Below are positions 22,638 to 35,109 of a stretch of 64,000 bases of DNA, piece by piece. Where the stretch lies: contig JADEYG010000007.1 in NCBI GenBank assembly GCA_016906335.1, positions 1,054,001 through 1,118,000 on the forward strand. The letters are read 5' to 3'. Position 1 is the first letter of the stretch, and every line of letters begins with the position of its first letter. The position numbers were made by a program, and so were the translations under genes. The notes beneath the pieces are model-generated. The model saw only the letters and a program-made list of their open reading frames with translations, searched no databases and was not told the DNA's origin. This DNA comes from Novakomyces olei. Its lineage: Eukaryota.

Positions 22638-25600
22638 TTTGTTTTTTATTTTTTATTTTTTGTTTGGACAGCTCTTTTCAACTGCACACTTGTTGGAATT
22701 AGTTACGCACTCTACTCCTTCAGACAGATTCTTGAATCGTCTTGTTCCGTCAAATGCAATTAACACCCGACACGTTTATCGCATATTCTAACGTACAGGT
22801 ATTCGATGCTAAAATCAAAAAAGCCGACAAGGAGAGAAAATCACAGATGAAACGTCAGGTGGAGGATGAATTACAGTCGGCAAACACGAAAATTGCTGAT
22901 CTTACGAGCAAACTGCACGCATTACAGCACCGCGGCCGTACAACTCCAATCCCTCCTGCAGCCATCAGACCGCAAGGATCTCGTAATGGCTCGTATAGTG
23001 CCAGTGCGGAGGGCGATGATTCGGACTGGGACAAGTTGCGCAGTCTTCGTCGTGTACAAAGTCATTTAGAAATGACCCCAAACGTAGAAGAGTCTGCTGC
23101 TGCTGCCTCAGCGTCAGCAGCTGCAATGGATGAAGAGTTCTCGTTAAATTTGTCAAGAGCAGGTGAGGAATCATCCCTTTCCGCACGTTCTCCATCGCTG
23201 GCCCTGGAAGAGTACCTCGGCGAACTAGACGGGGCCCGGGACAAATTTGCCCGACTCAATGCGTGCAATGCCATAGTCAAACTATTGAAACGCTATCCGC
23301 TGCTAAGAAACGAAATTGGGATGCCGAAATTCTTATCCAAATTGCTAGACTTGCTAAACAGCAGGCATGGGTCTGACCGTACAGCTGCCTACCATCTGAT
23401 GAAGTATACTTTGGCCTCTGGGGACACTGTTCTCTCGGCAATTGACCCGGCAGTATGGAAGGCCCTAATGTACCATATCGTTATCGTCCTGGCCAAGGAT
23501 ACTGAGACTGCTTCCTCGGAGAAAGGCTACGCTATAAAGTTTGTTCGAGACTCGTTAGGCATTGCCCCGGTACCAAGATCAAATTCTTCTGACGGATCTC
23601 TTCCTGCCTCTCCGCAATTCTCTCCGCAGTTGCTGTCCCTTGTTCACAACAGGCATGTTGTCAAGGCTCTAATGTCGGTGGCAGATTCACCAGAGGACCC
23701 ATTCCATATAATTGCTCTTGAAACACTCTGCGAGTTCACTGTACTCGATCCTTCACTGCTTCTTTCTGCCGGGTCGGTAAGGCTGCTGCTTTCCTGTGCC
23801 TCTGATGGATCAAACGACCCTGCACTATCGGAATCGCTCACAATACCCTTTCTCTTCCTTTTTGATTCGCCAGTCTACAGAAAGTTTTTGCTTCCAGAAA
23901 CCGACGTCGGTGTGCTTGTTGCTGCGCTCGTAGAGCCAGCGACAAGCACGGCCAACAATGACGAAGCACGAGTGAAGAATTGTTCTGTGATTCTTACACA
24001 GCTGGCTAAATCTTGGCCGGGTCTCTGTGCGCTTTGTGTGAATGGTATGAGGCCGCTCAGGTCTATAATCGATGCCCTGCGGGTGCCTCACCTTCGAGTA
24101 GGCCCGAGTGTCCTTGATTTCCTCTATGCTATATTAAATATCAAGCAGTCAAGCATCCCGGAAAGCGTACTGTTTCGTCAAAACCAGAATTATGTCAAGT
24201 ATTATAAGCAGGCTGATATAGAATCGTCAGAGGAGCCTTCTTCCTCTTGCGTCGGCGTCGGCAGCGGCGGTGGCGCCAAGGACCCCCCCTTGCAACTTGA
24301 AAGATCAAATTTCCTGGAGCAGTACAGCGCACTCGTGCTTTATACCCTGTTTAAGCTCGATGTAACAGACGCGCTGGCTGTAGTAATCGAGTCGGATGGC
24401 AATACGGAGATGGTTAAAAGAGCTACAGTATTGCTGGCAGAGATTCTTGTTTTGGCCAACAGACTGCTGCCTCGAAGCTATGGGCTCGAGTTCCAGAGCC
24501 TTCCGAGGCTGTTTGCTACTGCTTCGAGATTTGGTGATCAGCACCGGTTTATTGCGACAACCGTCTTTGCTCATATAGACTGGCTGAACCGGGCTCGAAC
24601 ACGATCAAGGCCGCCAAATGCTGCCTTTCTAGCTCATACAAATCGGTCTTCTGCGGCTGTTCCCTTTACATCGGCCTCTGATGCTGATGAACGAAGTCAG
24701 AGGCAGGTAGTTCAGGTCAAGATAAAGATGGGCATGCAGATTGACGGTGTGCATTTCCGTAATATGATAATGGAGACGCAGGTACTGGCCACCAAGAAAT
24801 TTAATACGTGGCGATGGGATATTCTGGCAGAGTTATTACAGGGCCCTCTACTTAATCCGCGAAGGCTGGAAGAGGCGATAAAGGCAACCAAGTTTATGAA
24901 GAGGCTTCTCTCCTTCTACCGTCCCTTCAAGTACCGGTTCTGTCAGGTTAAAAACACACGGCCTAACCAAAAATACGTTAGAGTGGGCTGCCTGCTGATG
25001 CGGACGCTGATGTCCTGTCCCGAGGGGGTCAAGTACCTTTTACAAAACAAACTGCTCCGGCAGATTGCCGAGTGCCTGGCCCAGTTGGATCCAGTCAGCG
25101 GGATAACTGCTCAAGACCCGTTGCTGTCTCGGGCACGGGTCCAGGAGACGCTGTCGGGGGGCTATATGGCCATGCTTGGAGTTCTCTCTGGCCATGCTCA
25201 GGGCAGAAGTATGCTCCAAAACTGGCGTATTTTCACGATACTGCATCATATAATAGAGCTCGCCAGTCGGGAGGACATGTCTATCAGTATCATCCACAGC
25301 CTGGACTATGGGAAACGGGGCCATTGCCGGATTATTATGGCAAAGGCAATTACGACGGGAAGAAAAGCGGTAAAGATTTGTGGAATAAAGCACCTGGGCA
25401 GTTTGGTGTTTGCCAATCTCGGGAAAAGAGCCGTGCAAAAGAGTGATGAGAGTGAAAGTGAGAGCAATATTAATATTGACAGCAATTGTTATGATAATAA
25501 TTATAATAATAATAATTATAATAATAATAATTATAATAATAATTGTTATAATAATTATAATTATAATAATAATAATAACAATAATAATAACAACAACAAC

Positions 25601-26890
25601 AACAATAACAACGACAACTACAACAATTACAACTACAACTACACCGCCGACGGCGACGACGCTAGCAATGAAAAAAACCCTACAAGCAGCACGGCCAAGT
25701 GGGCGCTGCAGCTGCTGGTAATGATGCTGTACGATCCCGACATGGACGTGTGTGAGCTGGCGGCCAGTGTCCTTGAGAGCACGTGCAGTCGGGACAGAAA
25801 CGCATTAGAATTCGTAGTCAGTCTGCGGCCGTCGGTTGAGCATCTCGGGGACATTGGAGCCCCACTTCTCCTTCGGTTCCTGTCGACCAGTGTGGGCTAC
25901 GCTTACCTCCGAACGCTAAACTATGTGGAAAAAGAGATGGAGGACTGGTTCCGTACCCGCAACGAGGACTATGTTGCCTTTGTCGAGGCGAGTATTACAA
26001 GGGCACTCTGCTCAGACTTTGCAAACACGGACAAACAGCAGCAGAGCAAGCTGCTGAAGAACAGGACGAGGCGTGAAGACTTTGACGGATGGGCTCCTCC
26101 TCATTTCTACGGTGAGCTGACAAAGACAAAGGAAGGGTGCCTTTTGCTCCGTGACAAGGGCCATTTTGCCACGTTTGTGGACACGATCGCTGAGCACGGC
26201 AGTGAGCGGACAGACAAGCGGATCATTGCCAGAGTCAAGTCTTGTCTATGGGCCATCGGCCATATCGGCGCTTCAGTTGGCGGAGCTCCGTTCTTGGAGC
26301 ACTATGCTGCCGTTCCCCGGGTCGTCAGTATCGCTGAACATAGTGGAGTTCTTACTCTGCGTGGGACAGCTTTTTTCGTGCTCGGCCTTATCGCTCTCAC
26401 GGACGTTGGCGCTGCTCTCCTGGAGCGGCTCGGATGGGTCTGTACTCGCACTGTAATGGGCAATTCTACGGGTATTGTTATCCCGCGAGACGTGGACAAG
26501 CTGCTCACTGTCCCGCTGTGGACGGCAGAGCTGCCTAATGTCGAGTCTACAACTGATTATTCTACAACTGGCGATTCTGCTTACAGTAGAAATGACGGCA
26601 AAGGGAACAGCAACAGGTTCTCGCCCGTACAGCAACAGGTCCTGAGCCTCGTCGCTGACTTGTCGAGCCATATCTCTGCCAACAAGGCCGCTACTGCTCT
26701 GAGCCGCTTAAAACTACGTGAAAAACAAGTGTTTAGGTCTCAGCCTCTCTTTGATGCCGTCATGGATATGCTCGCTGCGTTCCACTACCGCCAAACTGTA
26801 CGCAGATTCGTTTACAAGCTGTTTGATCAGGTTCCCCATGTAAACTCGCCTTCAACGGGGAACGGGTCGAGCAGCGAGCCAGAGTTTTGA
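22221..26890 (+). CDS. RICTOR: TORC2 subunit Rictor (Avo3/Tsc11/Ste20); exons 22221-22430, 22473-22541, 22799-26890
   Basis: N-terminal HR1 (LEIESKIKEGAENLL); WRWDIL.ELLQGPLLNPRRLEEAIKATKFMKRLLSFYRPFKYRF, PPHFYGEL and LWAIGHIG..LRGTAFFVLGLI motifs. Confidence 0.93.
25485..25642 (+). repeat. Coding Asn/Tyr trinucleotide tract inside Rictor
   Basis: AAT/TAT codons followed by AAC/TAC codons, in frame. Confidence 0.9.
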
Positions 26891-26894
26891 GTCG

Positions 26895-27045
26895 GGTTTG
26901 AGTTTTGTTTCTTGGTTTTTGCTTTTTATTTTTGTTTTTGTGTTTTATTTATTTTTGTGTTTTATTTATTTTTGTGTTTTATTTATTTTTGTGTTTTTTG
27001 TTTATTTATTATTATTATTATTACTATTTTTGTTTTGGTTTTTGG
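26895..27045. repeat. T-rich tandem repeat (tttgtgttttatttatt) after the Rictor stop codon
   Basis: Directly visible. Confidence 0.75.
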
Positions 27046-27326
27046 CAGTGCCCAGGGTGTTTGTTGGGCTAGTACCCTAGTGATATTCATCATATTAAAA
27101 GTTGTCAAGAGACGAGTTCTCGGGCCGAGGCTTTGAATGAAATGTTATACAAGTACTGCACGAGTTGACGTAAATGTAGAAATCAATAAAATATAGTATT
27201 AGGGTTAGGGTTGGGGGTAGTATTGGAGTTGGAGTTGATGTTAGGGTTAGGGTTATTATGGATTATTTGGTTTACATGACTCTTCCTCCAACTGTTACTA
27301 CCAATCTATCCATTAAAATTCCAGGA

Positions 27327-27899
27327 CTATTTCCTTGTTTCCTTCCAGGAATCACCGCCTTCTTCCGGAGTCGTGCCACTCTTATTTGTGCCACTTTCAC
27401 TCGACGCGTCTTGCTGTTGCGGCTCATCCGCCGTTAAAGACTGAAGATCTGCCGACGCAGAGCTATCGGAAAACTTTGGACTCGGCGTATCGCGGCCAAG
27501 ACTACTTAAAGAGCTCTCGACCCTTTTATCTGTTTCAGGGCTGTTTGACCTAATACTGTCGGGTTCCACTGCCGATAGAAGAGCCGGTGAAAACTCTGAG
27601 CTTTTATCCTCCATTGAATAATCTTCGCCCGGCCGTGAAGCCGTCTCTGCTTGCGGCAACTTGACTGGCGCCATTAAAGCCCCAAGCTGAGCAAACTGGT
27701 CGCCCTTCTCTACAATTTTTTCCAGATTAGGCCCGCCCAATGGTGAGTCTGATCTCCGACGGTAAAATAAAAGATACGCAGCTTTAGTGACCATATTTTC
27801 TTGATCTGTAGGAGATACTCGCGAGTCTGGTAGAGTTAGTATTGCAGCCAGATAGTTGTCAGGGTTGTTTGTGTTTATCTATGTTTATCTATTTAAATA

Positions 27900-27930
<31 letters not shown>

Positions 27931-29520
27931 TTGCTATTTTATTTTATTTTTTTTGTTTTTTATTTTTTTTTCCCTTTCCTTATTTCCCTTTTACATCTTC
28001 TTATTAACTCTTACCATCAAAATTGTAAACTTTCTCATCGACAAAGTTCCTGGCGTATGCGGTATAATGCCCCCCACCGAGCCCACCGTAATGGTTGTCG
28101 ACAGCAAACAGGTCAAAAGTGTACGACTTTTCCGGCACATCGAGGCCGGCAGCCTGGCACGCCTTGAGCTGCCCTACTCGGCACGCCATGTCGAGGTCGT
28201 GGGTAGGAAAATCGATAAAATCGTCAATTTTGTCTCTATAGTGGCGCACATTGCTGAACCGTTTGAGGCAGAGCACGAGTATATCCGGCACTGTCCAGAT
28301 CTCTAGAGTCTTCTCTGCCTGCCGAAACTCACGGCACTTTGGGCAGTACCAAGGATCATCCTGGCCCAACCTTTCTGGCCGGGAAAACTCGTCGAGGCAC
28401 CTGTTGAGCGTAAGCAGCGACTGCCCAACCGTATCGCTATCGCCAGAGTCCGGATCGTTTAGACTTACAGACTCGTCCCACAGCGATTGGCCCACAGAGT
28501 CACTCGACTCTGAGTCTTCAGAGAACGTGTGTGCCCAATGGCTCCACGTGCAAGCAATGCCTTCGCCACTCTGGACGATTGCCGTCGGAGGCTCTTGCGC
28601 CCTCGACGGCAGTGGGAATATAGACGATACATTGTAATCCTCACTGTCAGACGCATCTCGCATCGGCAAATCTTCCACACTGTGTGGCGAAGAGCCTTCG
28701 CCTCCGTCTCCTGTGCTTTTGGCTTTTTCTTTGTCACTCGTTTGCTCTCTTTCTGCAACAGCTTTCTGCTCAAGTTTCTGCCCAGTGCCTTTGGCTTTTT
28801 CGTTGGGATTTTCTGCTGAGCCCTCTTTGTTGGCCTCCTCCATTCCTTCGTGGGCCTCTTTGATCTCTTCAGGGCCCTCCTCCATCTCTTCGTCCCGTCC
28901 CTCTCCGTCTATACTGCCGCCACGAGGAGATTGTGCTGCTGTCAGAGCGTCCAGCCGGTCCTGCACTGTCGTCTCACTGAAATAGCTCCAGCCTGTCGCC
29001 ATTTTACTGCCAACCTTGTCCATTATCGAAATCTGGAACGAGGCTTTTGGCTGTAAGTTTGGAGACGCCTCGTCCGACTGGCGCAGAGGCTCGGCAGACG
29101 GCACAGCGTCTGCCGACTCTTGTATCAGATCCTTTCGCGTCGTAAACTGCTCGCTCTTGTGCGCGATTCTAGAATAAATGGCAGACAAATCTTTACTCTC
29201 CGCCTCCGACAGCGTAATGAAGAAGGGCATCCCACAGTTTTTAGCCTGCTGCCTATTCTCCTCACTCGTCTTGTGAATAACGGGGACAGGGAATACTCCG
29301 CCTTCCGGATCAGCCTCCCTGTCGAGCTCGAAAAAGTACGCATCGTCTGAAGACGTTATACACGAAGCCACATTCTCGTACGGATCGTCGTAGTGCCGAA
29401 ATATCCGGCTCATGCATACTTCGCTGCCGATAATCTGTAAATTAGACAAATCCTGTTTTGGACACTTGTGATTATTCGATCGTTTATAGGTTTTTTTTAA
29501 TAATACATGTAGATTGTAAT

Positions 29521-29593
<73 letters not shown>

Positions 29594-31393
29594 AATTTTT
29601 TTTTAATTCTTTTTATTTATTTATTTATTTTTTAAAATTTATGGTTTTCCAATCTTAATTTTTCTTCTGATTCTCACCTTTTTTCGAGATTCGACGGAAA
29701 AAACACTACAAATCCGATCTACCAAATCCTCTATTGTGCAATTCTTGTCCAGCGTTATAGTCACCTTGGCCGGAAGCCGATTAATGTCGGCCGGAACGAA
29801 TACAATTTCATGAGTCCATTTCCGTTGCACGGGGAGGGGCAATGTTATATCTGTATATGGGTCAAAAGTAATAGATACCTTGGAACAAACGGGGCACACC
29901 AGCGTAGATTTGAACAGCCCTGTAAAAAGGTCAGTAATAACTGAATCGTTTCTCCTCAAATGATTGCCCCATGATTTCTCTGCCGTCTTTATCACCGTTG
30001 CTGGATCGTCAGACTCCAGCTCGGGCCGCTCTGTGTACGGTTTCTCGTACACTCGATTTAAATCTTCATGCAGGGAATCCAACAAGAACACGAGAAACTC
30101 TTGGGAATCTTGTTGAGTGTACCCGGCAAAGGAAGAATTGTAATGGCCAATGAGCCCTTTAAACTCGCGTGGAGAAAAGGACGCATGGTCTCGAGCATAA
30201 AGGTGGTGGCAAACTCGAGCATAAGACTCGGCTACCTTTCCATGCATTCCCAGAGGGTTGACTCGATTTATTTCCAATTTGAATGCATTCGACTGGAAAT
30301 AAGTCGCCAATTCGGGAGTATGAGACAGGCATTGTAAAGCGGAATTCATATAGCAGCTATTTCCCAAATTGCCCAAACCAATGGACCCGGGAGTGAAGCT
30401 CCTTTTCTGGTCATGGTGCGTGTGGGCAGGTGGCTTGTTGTGAGAACCTGCGGCAGCCGAGGCAGTCTGCCATTCGCCCAGTTTCTTTTGCTCGACGGCA
30501 AAAACCGTATCCTCCACAATCGGAACACAGAGCAGCGGCTCATCGAGAGACGCATAGTGCACAATATTGTCCTTATCACTCCCGTAATCCTTTGCAACAA
30601 AGTCCTTGGCCGAAACCTTTGGCGCAGTCATCCTGCTATTATTGCTCGGTATCCGCCACAAGCGAATCTCGACAGTCCCATAAATGCCGAGTGATTCTCT
30701 CGCACTGGCCAGCAGGTCTCGCACACAAGATGCCTTGGACATGTGTGCCTTTGGTGCACCTGCATCGCGGTGGGGAGCAGATGACGAGCTTAATGAAGAG
30801 GAATTTGCGTGCAAACCTGCGCCTGACGTAATCTCGCAAAAGGTGAAGCAAGGATAGTAAAGTTCCACTACGAGATTTGGTCGGGAACTGGGACTCGCCG
30901 TGTTTATAGCAGTGCGTGTAATTGCCACCGTATTGTCGGCCGGGAACCATTTCGTAATAAGGCTCCATAACTGTGGAGTCACAATTTCAAAGTCTGTGCC
31001 CTCTAATAAATCGGGCTTTAAATCGTTCGTGTCCGGATCGGCAATGGCCGACTGATCAACGGGCCCAGGAGGGATATCTACCGTCCGATCCAAATACCGC
31101 TCTAAACTATCCAGCCAAGTCTTACTCACCAGATTGTATGATTCGCCTTCACAGAGCTCGAATGAGCTGAGGTCGAGAAACGTCTGCTTCCATTGCTCCA
31201 GCGTATTATTGGCTCCCGGACGAGTCATCTTTGTAACGACCTGATCATTGCCGTTATCGCTGTTGCTGAAATGTTCTTGCATTAATGGCCGTTCTTGCTC
31301 GGCTGCCGTTTCGGCCGACTGCGACCGCAGCCTTTTCGACCCGAGAGTCTGGGTATCAAATGCCGCCTGCCCGTTGGCAAATGGATTCGCCAT
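27327..31393 (-). CDS. UBP12: Ubiquitin-specific protease Ubp12 (USP4/11/15 type, DUSP plus split UCH domain); introns approx. 29435-29677 and 27827-28014
   Basis: DUSP-like N-terminus; Cys box GLGNLGNSCYMNSALQCL, QQDSQEFL, WYCPKC, His box NHYGGLGGGHYTAY, AAYLLFYRRR. Confidence 0.92.
29522..29581. repeat. Approx. 60-nt poly(T) run in a UBP12 intron
   Basis: Directly visible homopolymer. Confidence 0.9.
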
Positions 31394-32393
31394 ATACTGG
31401 ACAAACAAAATGTCGAAATAATATAGAATTATCAGCCAGTCCGGGGCAGAATTCCGTCAAGAGCGGGATCGATTGGACGGTTGAGTAGATGAATATTCAA
31501 TAGCAAAATCGCCTTTGTCAGCTTTTGGCCTTGATGCTTCTGCGTCAATCTATATACATGCAAGAAGCAGACCATCGGCAATAGGCAAAGACTCTGACTA
31601 GGTTTATAGCGGCAGAAAATGCAAAGAATAGAACTATTGAATAATTAATAAATGAATTATTGATTAATTGATTAATTAATAACCGAGTTATTCATGAATT
31701 ATGGAAAAATTAATAAAACGAATTATCGATGAATTGAATAATTATTGAAAAATTATAAAATGGCAATGAAGCTGTATGGAAAAAGCATTTAATATTGAAG
31801 GCATTGTATTTCCGTATTAATATTATTTCAAAGACTGGAATTCCTAATATAAATAAAAAGCTGAATGAAACGCATAATGTTTGCCCATTACCACCGATAC
31901 CTTCATGTCGTGTCTTTAAAGTTACTGACTGCGCATCCGCGCTGTAAATCATTGGGGTTTTATTCAGAAAAGCGCACTGGCAAACATCAAACTAATGCAA
32001 AAATTGAATATGCATTTGTATATGTAAAATGCCACATACATACGTGTCAAAAAATACTAAATTATTTTCAGTATTTTCAGTATTTCCAGTATTTCCAGTA
32101 TTTCAGTATTTCAGTATTTTCAATATTTTCAATATTTTTAAACAGCAGACAAAATTGGCGTTTGTTGGCTTTGCAGTCTTTCATCACGCGGTGCTGATTG
32201 CTGTGGAAACACAGTGTACACTTATGCGCAAACTCTGAATCGCGAAATCGATAAAGCCCGATTGAGGGAAAAGTATAAAGAGCTGTAGCGTTGATCGTCA
32301 GACAAATTGTTGCGATCTGTTTTTAAAGCGGCTTTGCCGCTGGCGAAACGGCACCCGCATAGCCTACATGATTATAGTGTTTTGTCTGCCGAA

Positions 32394-34232
32394 ATGCCGC
32401 GATTAGACATGCGCGGCAAAGTCGTGCTTGCTCCAATGGTATCGTCAGCTCGTTAAAATGAGAGTGAAAAAATATATATTTATATACATCAAACATCTTT
32501 TGATTAAACGCACTGCCCATTCATTTCTATTGGCCAATTTTGGCAGAAACGTCTGCGTTCATATTCTAACTATACGCAGGTACGCACGGGCGAATTGCCG
32601 CTGCGATTGGAAGCGTTAAAGTACGGAGCCGATTATGTTTGGGGACCGGAAATAATAGACAAGGCGCTATTATTGCCGGAGCGCGTTGTACGCAGTGTGC
32701 AAGACGGCATTGTCCGATTTGAGCGTAAAAATGTCGCTATAGCACGCATCCATGTGGCAGAAAAGCCAAAGCATGTATTTCAGATCGGAAGCAGTTCTCC
32801 CGACTTGGCTGTTGAGGCAGCAAGTATAGTGGCAAGCGATGTAGCGGCTATTGAACTCAACTGTGGATGCCCTAAGCACTTTTCTGTCCATGCTGGTATG
32901 GGCGCAGCCTTGCTCCAACAGCCAGAGGCTCTTGTGTCTATTCTGCGAGCGCTAGTAGACCGGGTTGGTCAGGTCTATGGAATCCCCATCTTTTGCAAGA
33001 TCCGTATTCTCGATACACACGAGGCAACTGTTGCTCTTTTACATCAAATTTGCTCCACCGGAATCGTAAATGTTACAGTACATTGCCGTACTGCGGTAAT
33101 GCGGCCGCACGAGGCAGCTTTGAGGCAGCGTCTCCACGGACTCGCGGAAATCTGTCACTCGTATGGCATCACCTGTGTTGCCAATGGTGACGTCAGTGAT
33201 AGAGCAGAAGCGTTGCAGTTAGTGGAGGCCACAGGGTTTGATGGAGCGATGCTAGCGAGTGCAGCAGAAACGAACCCTTCCGTCTTTCGGCCAGAGGGGC
33301 CTTTGCCCCACTTGCAAGTGGCTCAGTCGCTACTTGAACGCTGTATTTCCGTGGGCAATCATCGGTCTAATACAAAGTTTATGGTCGTCAATGTCTGGCA
33401 GGGAATGCCAAAGCGACAGCGCCATGGCAATGCTCTGCACAGTGCCAAGACAGAGGCGGATATGTGTGCTGCCTTGGGATTAGCTAGTGAGCCACTGGAG
33501 GAGACCACTAAACCTAGTGAATCTAATAGTCAATCAACTAATGGTGGACTGGGTTGCGATAAACTGGGTTGCGATAAACTGGGTTGCGATAAACTGGTTT
33601 GCGATAAACTGGTTTCCGGGATAAATACGACAAGCGCAAAGTCAAAACTGGTCACGTGCAGGGACAAGCTTGCGTTTGTGACTGTTGGATCTACTTCGTT
33701 TGATGCTCTTGTTGCACGCGTACTCGCCACAGATTTCTGTGAGCTGTTAGTAAGGCACGGGTTCAGCGAGCTGCGCGTCCAATATGGAGGAGGCGCGTCG
33801 ACTTTCCGTGATCTGCACCATGATGTTCCGGGGCTCGTTGTTTCGGGGTTTCCTTACGCGCCCTCGCTGGATGACGTGGTCGACTCGGCAGATCTGATTA
33901 TCAGCCACGCTGGCGCGGGTTCGATTCTGGGGGCCAAACGGGCGGGGAAGCCGGTTATCGTTGTGGCGAACGAGGGGCTGATGGATAACCATCAGCTTGA
34001 ATTGGCGTCTGAACTGGCAAAGGAGGGGATTGTGTCAACAGCCACCGTTTCACAGTTGCCTACAGTTTTGGACAGCCTTTTATCGTCAAGTACGGCACAA
34101 AAGCCGCTACCGGCGCCGAACGGTGAAGGGTTTGCTGCTCTAGTCGAGGAACAAATGGGGCTGACCCGGTGTGAGGCGGATGGGGATGGGAAGGGTTCAC
34201 GGCCGAGTAAAAGGGCGCGTCTCGCGGGATAG
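32394..34232 (+). CDS. Single ORF fusing tRNA-dihydrouridine(20) synthase Dus2/Smm1 (N-terminal) to Alg13 UDP-GlcNAc transferase catalytic subunit (C-terminal); intron 32439-32579
   Basis: MPRLDMRGKVVLAPM|VRTGELPLRL..LKYGA..V.GPEIIDK, FQIG, NCGCPK.FS..GMGAALL, ANGD (Dus2); then FVTVGST.FD.L, VQYG, IISHAGAGSI, N..LMDNHQ.ELA..L (Alg13); no stop between them. Confidence 0.85.
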
Positions 34233-35109
34233 ATTTATAGAGAATAACATGTGATTTAATGGATTTGAAGCTTAAAGTTTATAAAGTCTGAACTGTCGGT
34301 TGTTTTCACACTACTTTTTCGTAATTCATATTTTGGTAAAAGGCAAAAACTTGAGAATACTGGCTTTGCAGTGAAGACTTGAGCTCTCAGTGACACTAAC
34401 ATTATGAACAATATGTGCACTAGTCGCCAAGTATACTAACGATTATTCTTGATACAGAAGCATTGTCTAGTCGCTCATTGCTATCTTGTATAGGGAATGT
34501 AAGGATCTAACGGCGGTCCAAAGCGGCTCATACGCACTTGGTCTCCTTCATTTCAAAATTAATCGCTAATTATTGTTGGTGCGTTTGGCTGTCAGTAAGG
34601 AAAATTCCCCATAATTCCCCAATCGGCTCGTTAAGTCACATGTGTACCTTGATCAAATCACAATGACATCATAATTACGGTGACCCAGTAATCGGTAGAT
34701 CTTTTCAAGTAATGGTAATTGCTATTATTAGGATATGAAGATTTTGTTCGAGTCGCTCAACTACGTTTACGCGCCAACGGCTTTGACAGGTTTACTCTGG
34801 CAAAATACTCGGGGAATATAACGAAAGCAATTGCAAGGTTTGAGGTATTACACAATATCGTGCTCATGATTTGTATTCGGCATAAAATTATCTATAATCC
34901 ACTACGAAAACACACACTACTCGCCTATTTTCAATCGTTTATACTGATGTAACTTCATTGCTCATTATTTTCTAGATTAATCAATCGTCTGTCTTTAGTT
35001 TTTTTCGTAAAGGTATTAAAAGGTGAAAGAACAAGTGTGATATGAACAGGATAAAAGTATTATTTGTCGTCGTAATAATTAAAAAAGGTTTAGAAAAGAA
35101 ACTAATGCA

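Noticed and set aside
29522-29581. Poly(A/T) run as a retrotransposon tail
   Set aside because: No adjacent element body or target-site duplication; the homopolymer length may be unreliable
34150-34180. ALG13 domain lying within an alternatively spliced intron of DUS2 (CTGAC near 34161)
   Set aside because: No YAG acceptor follows before the stop and there is no convincing donor in the linker
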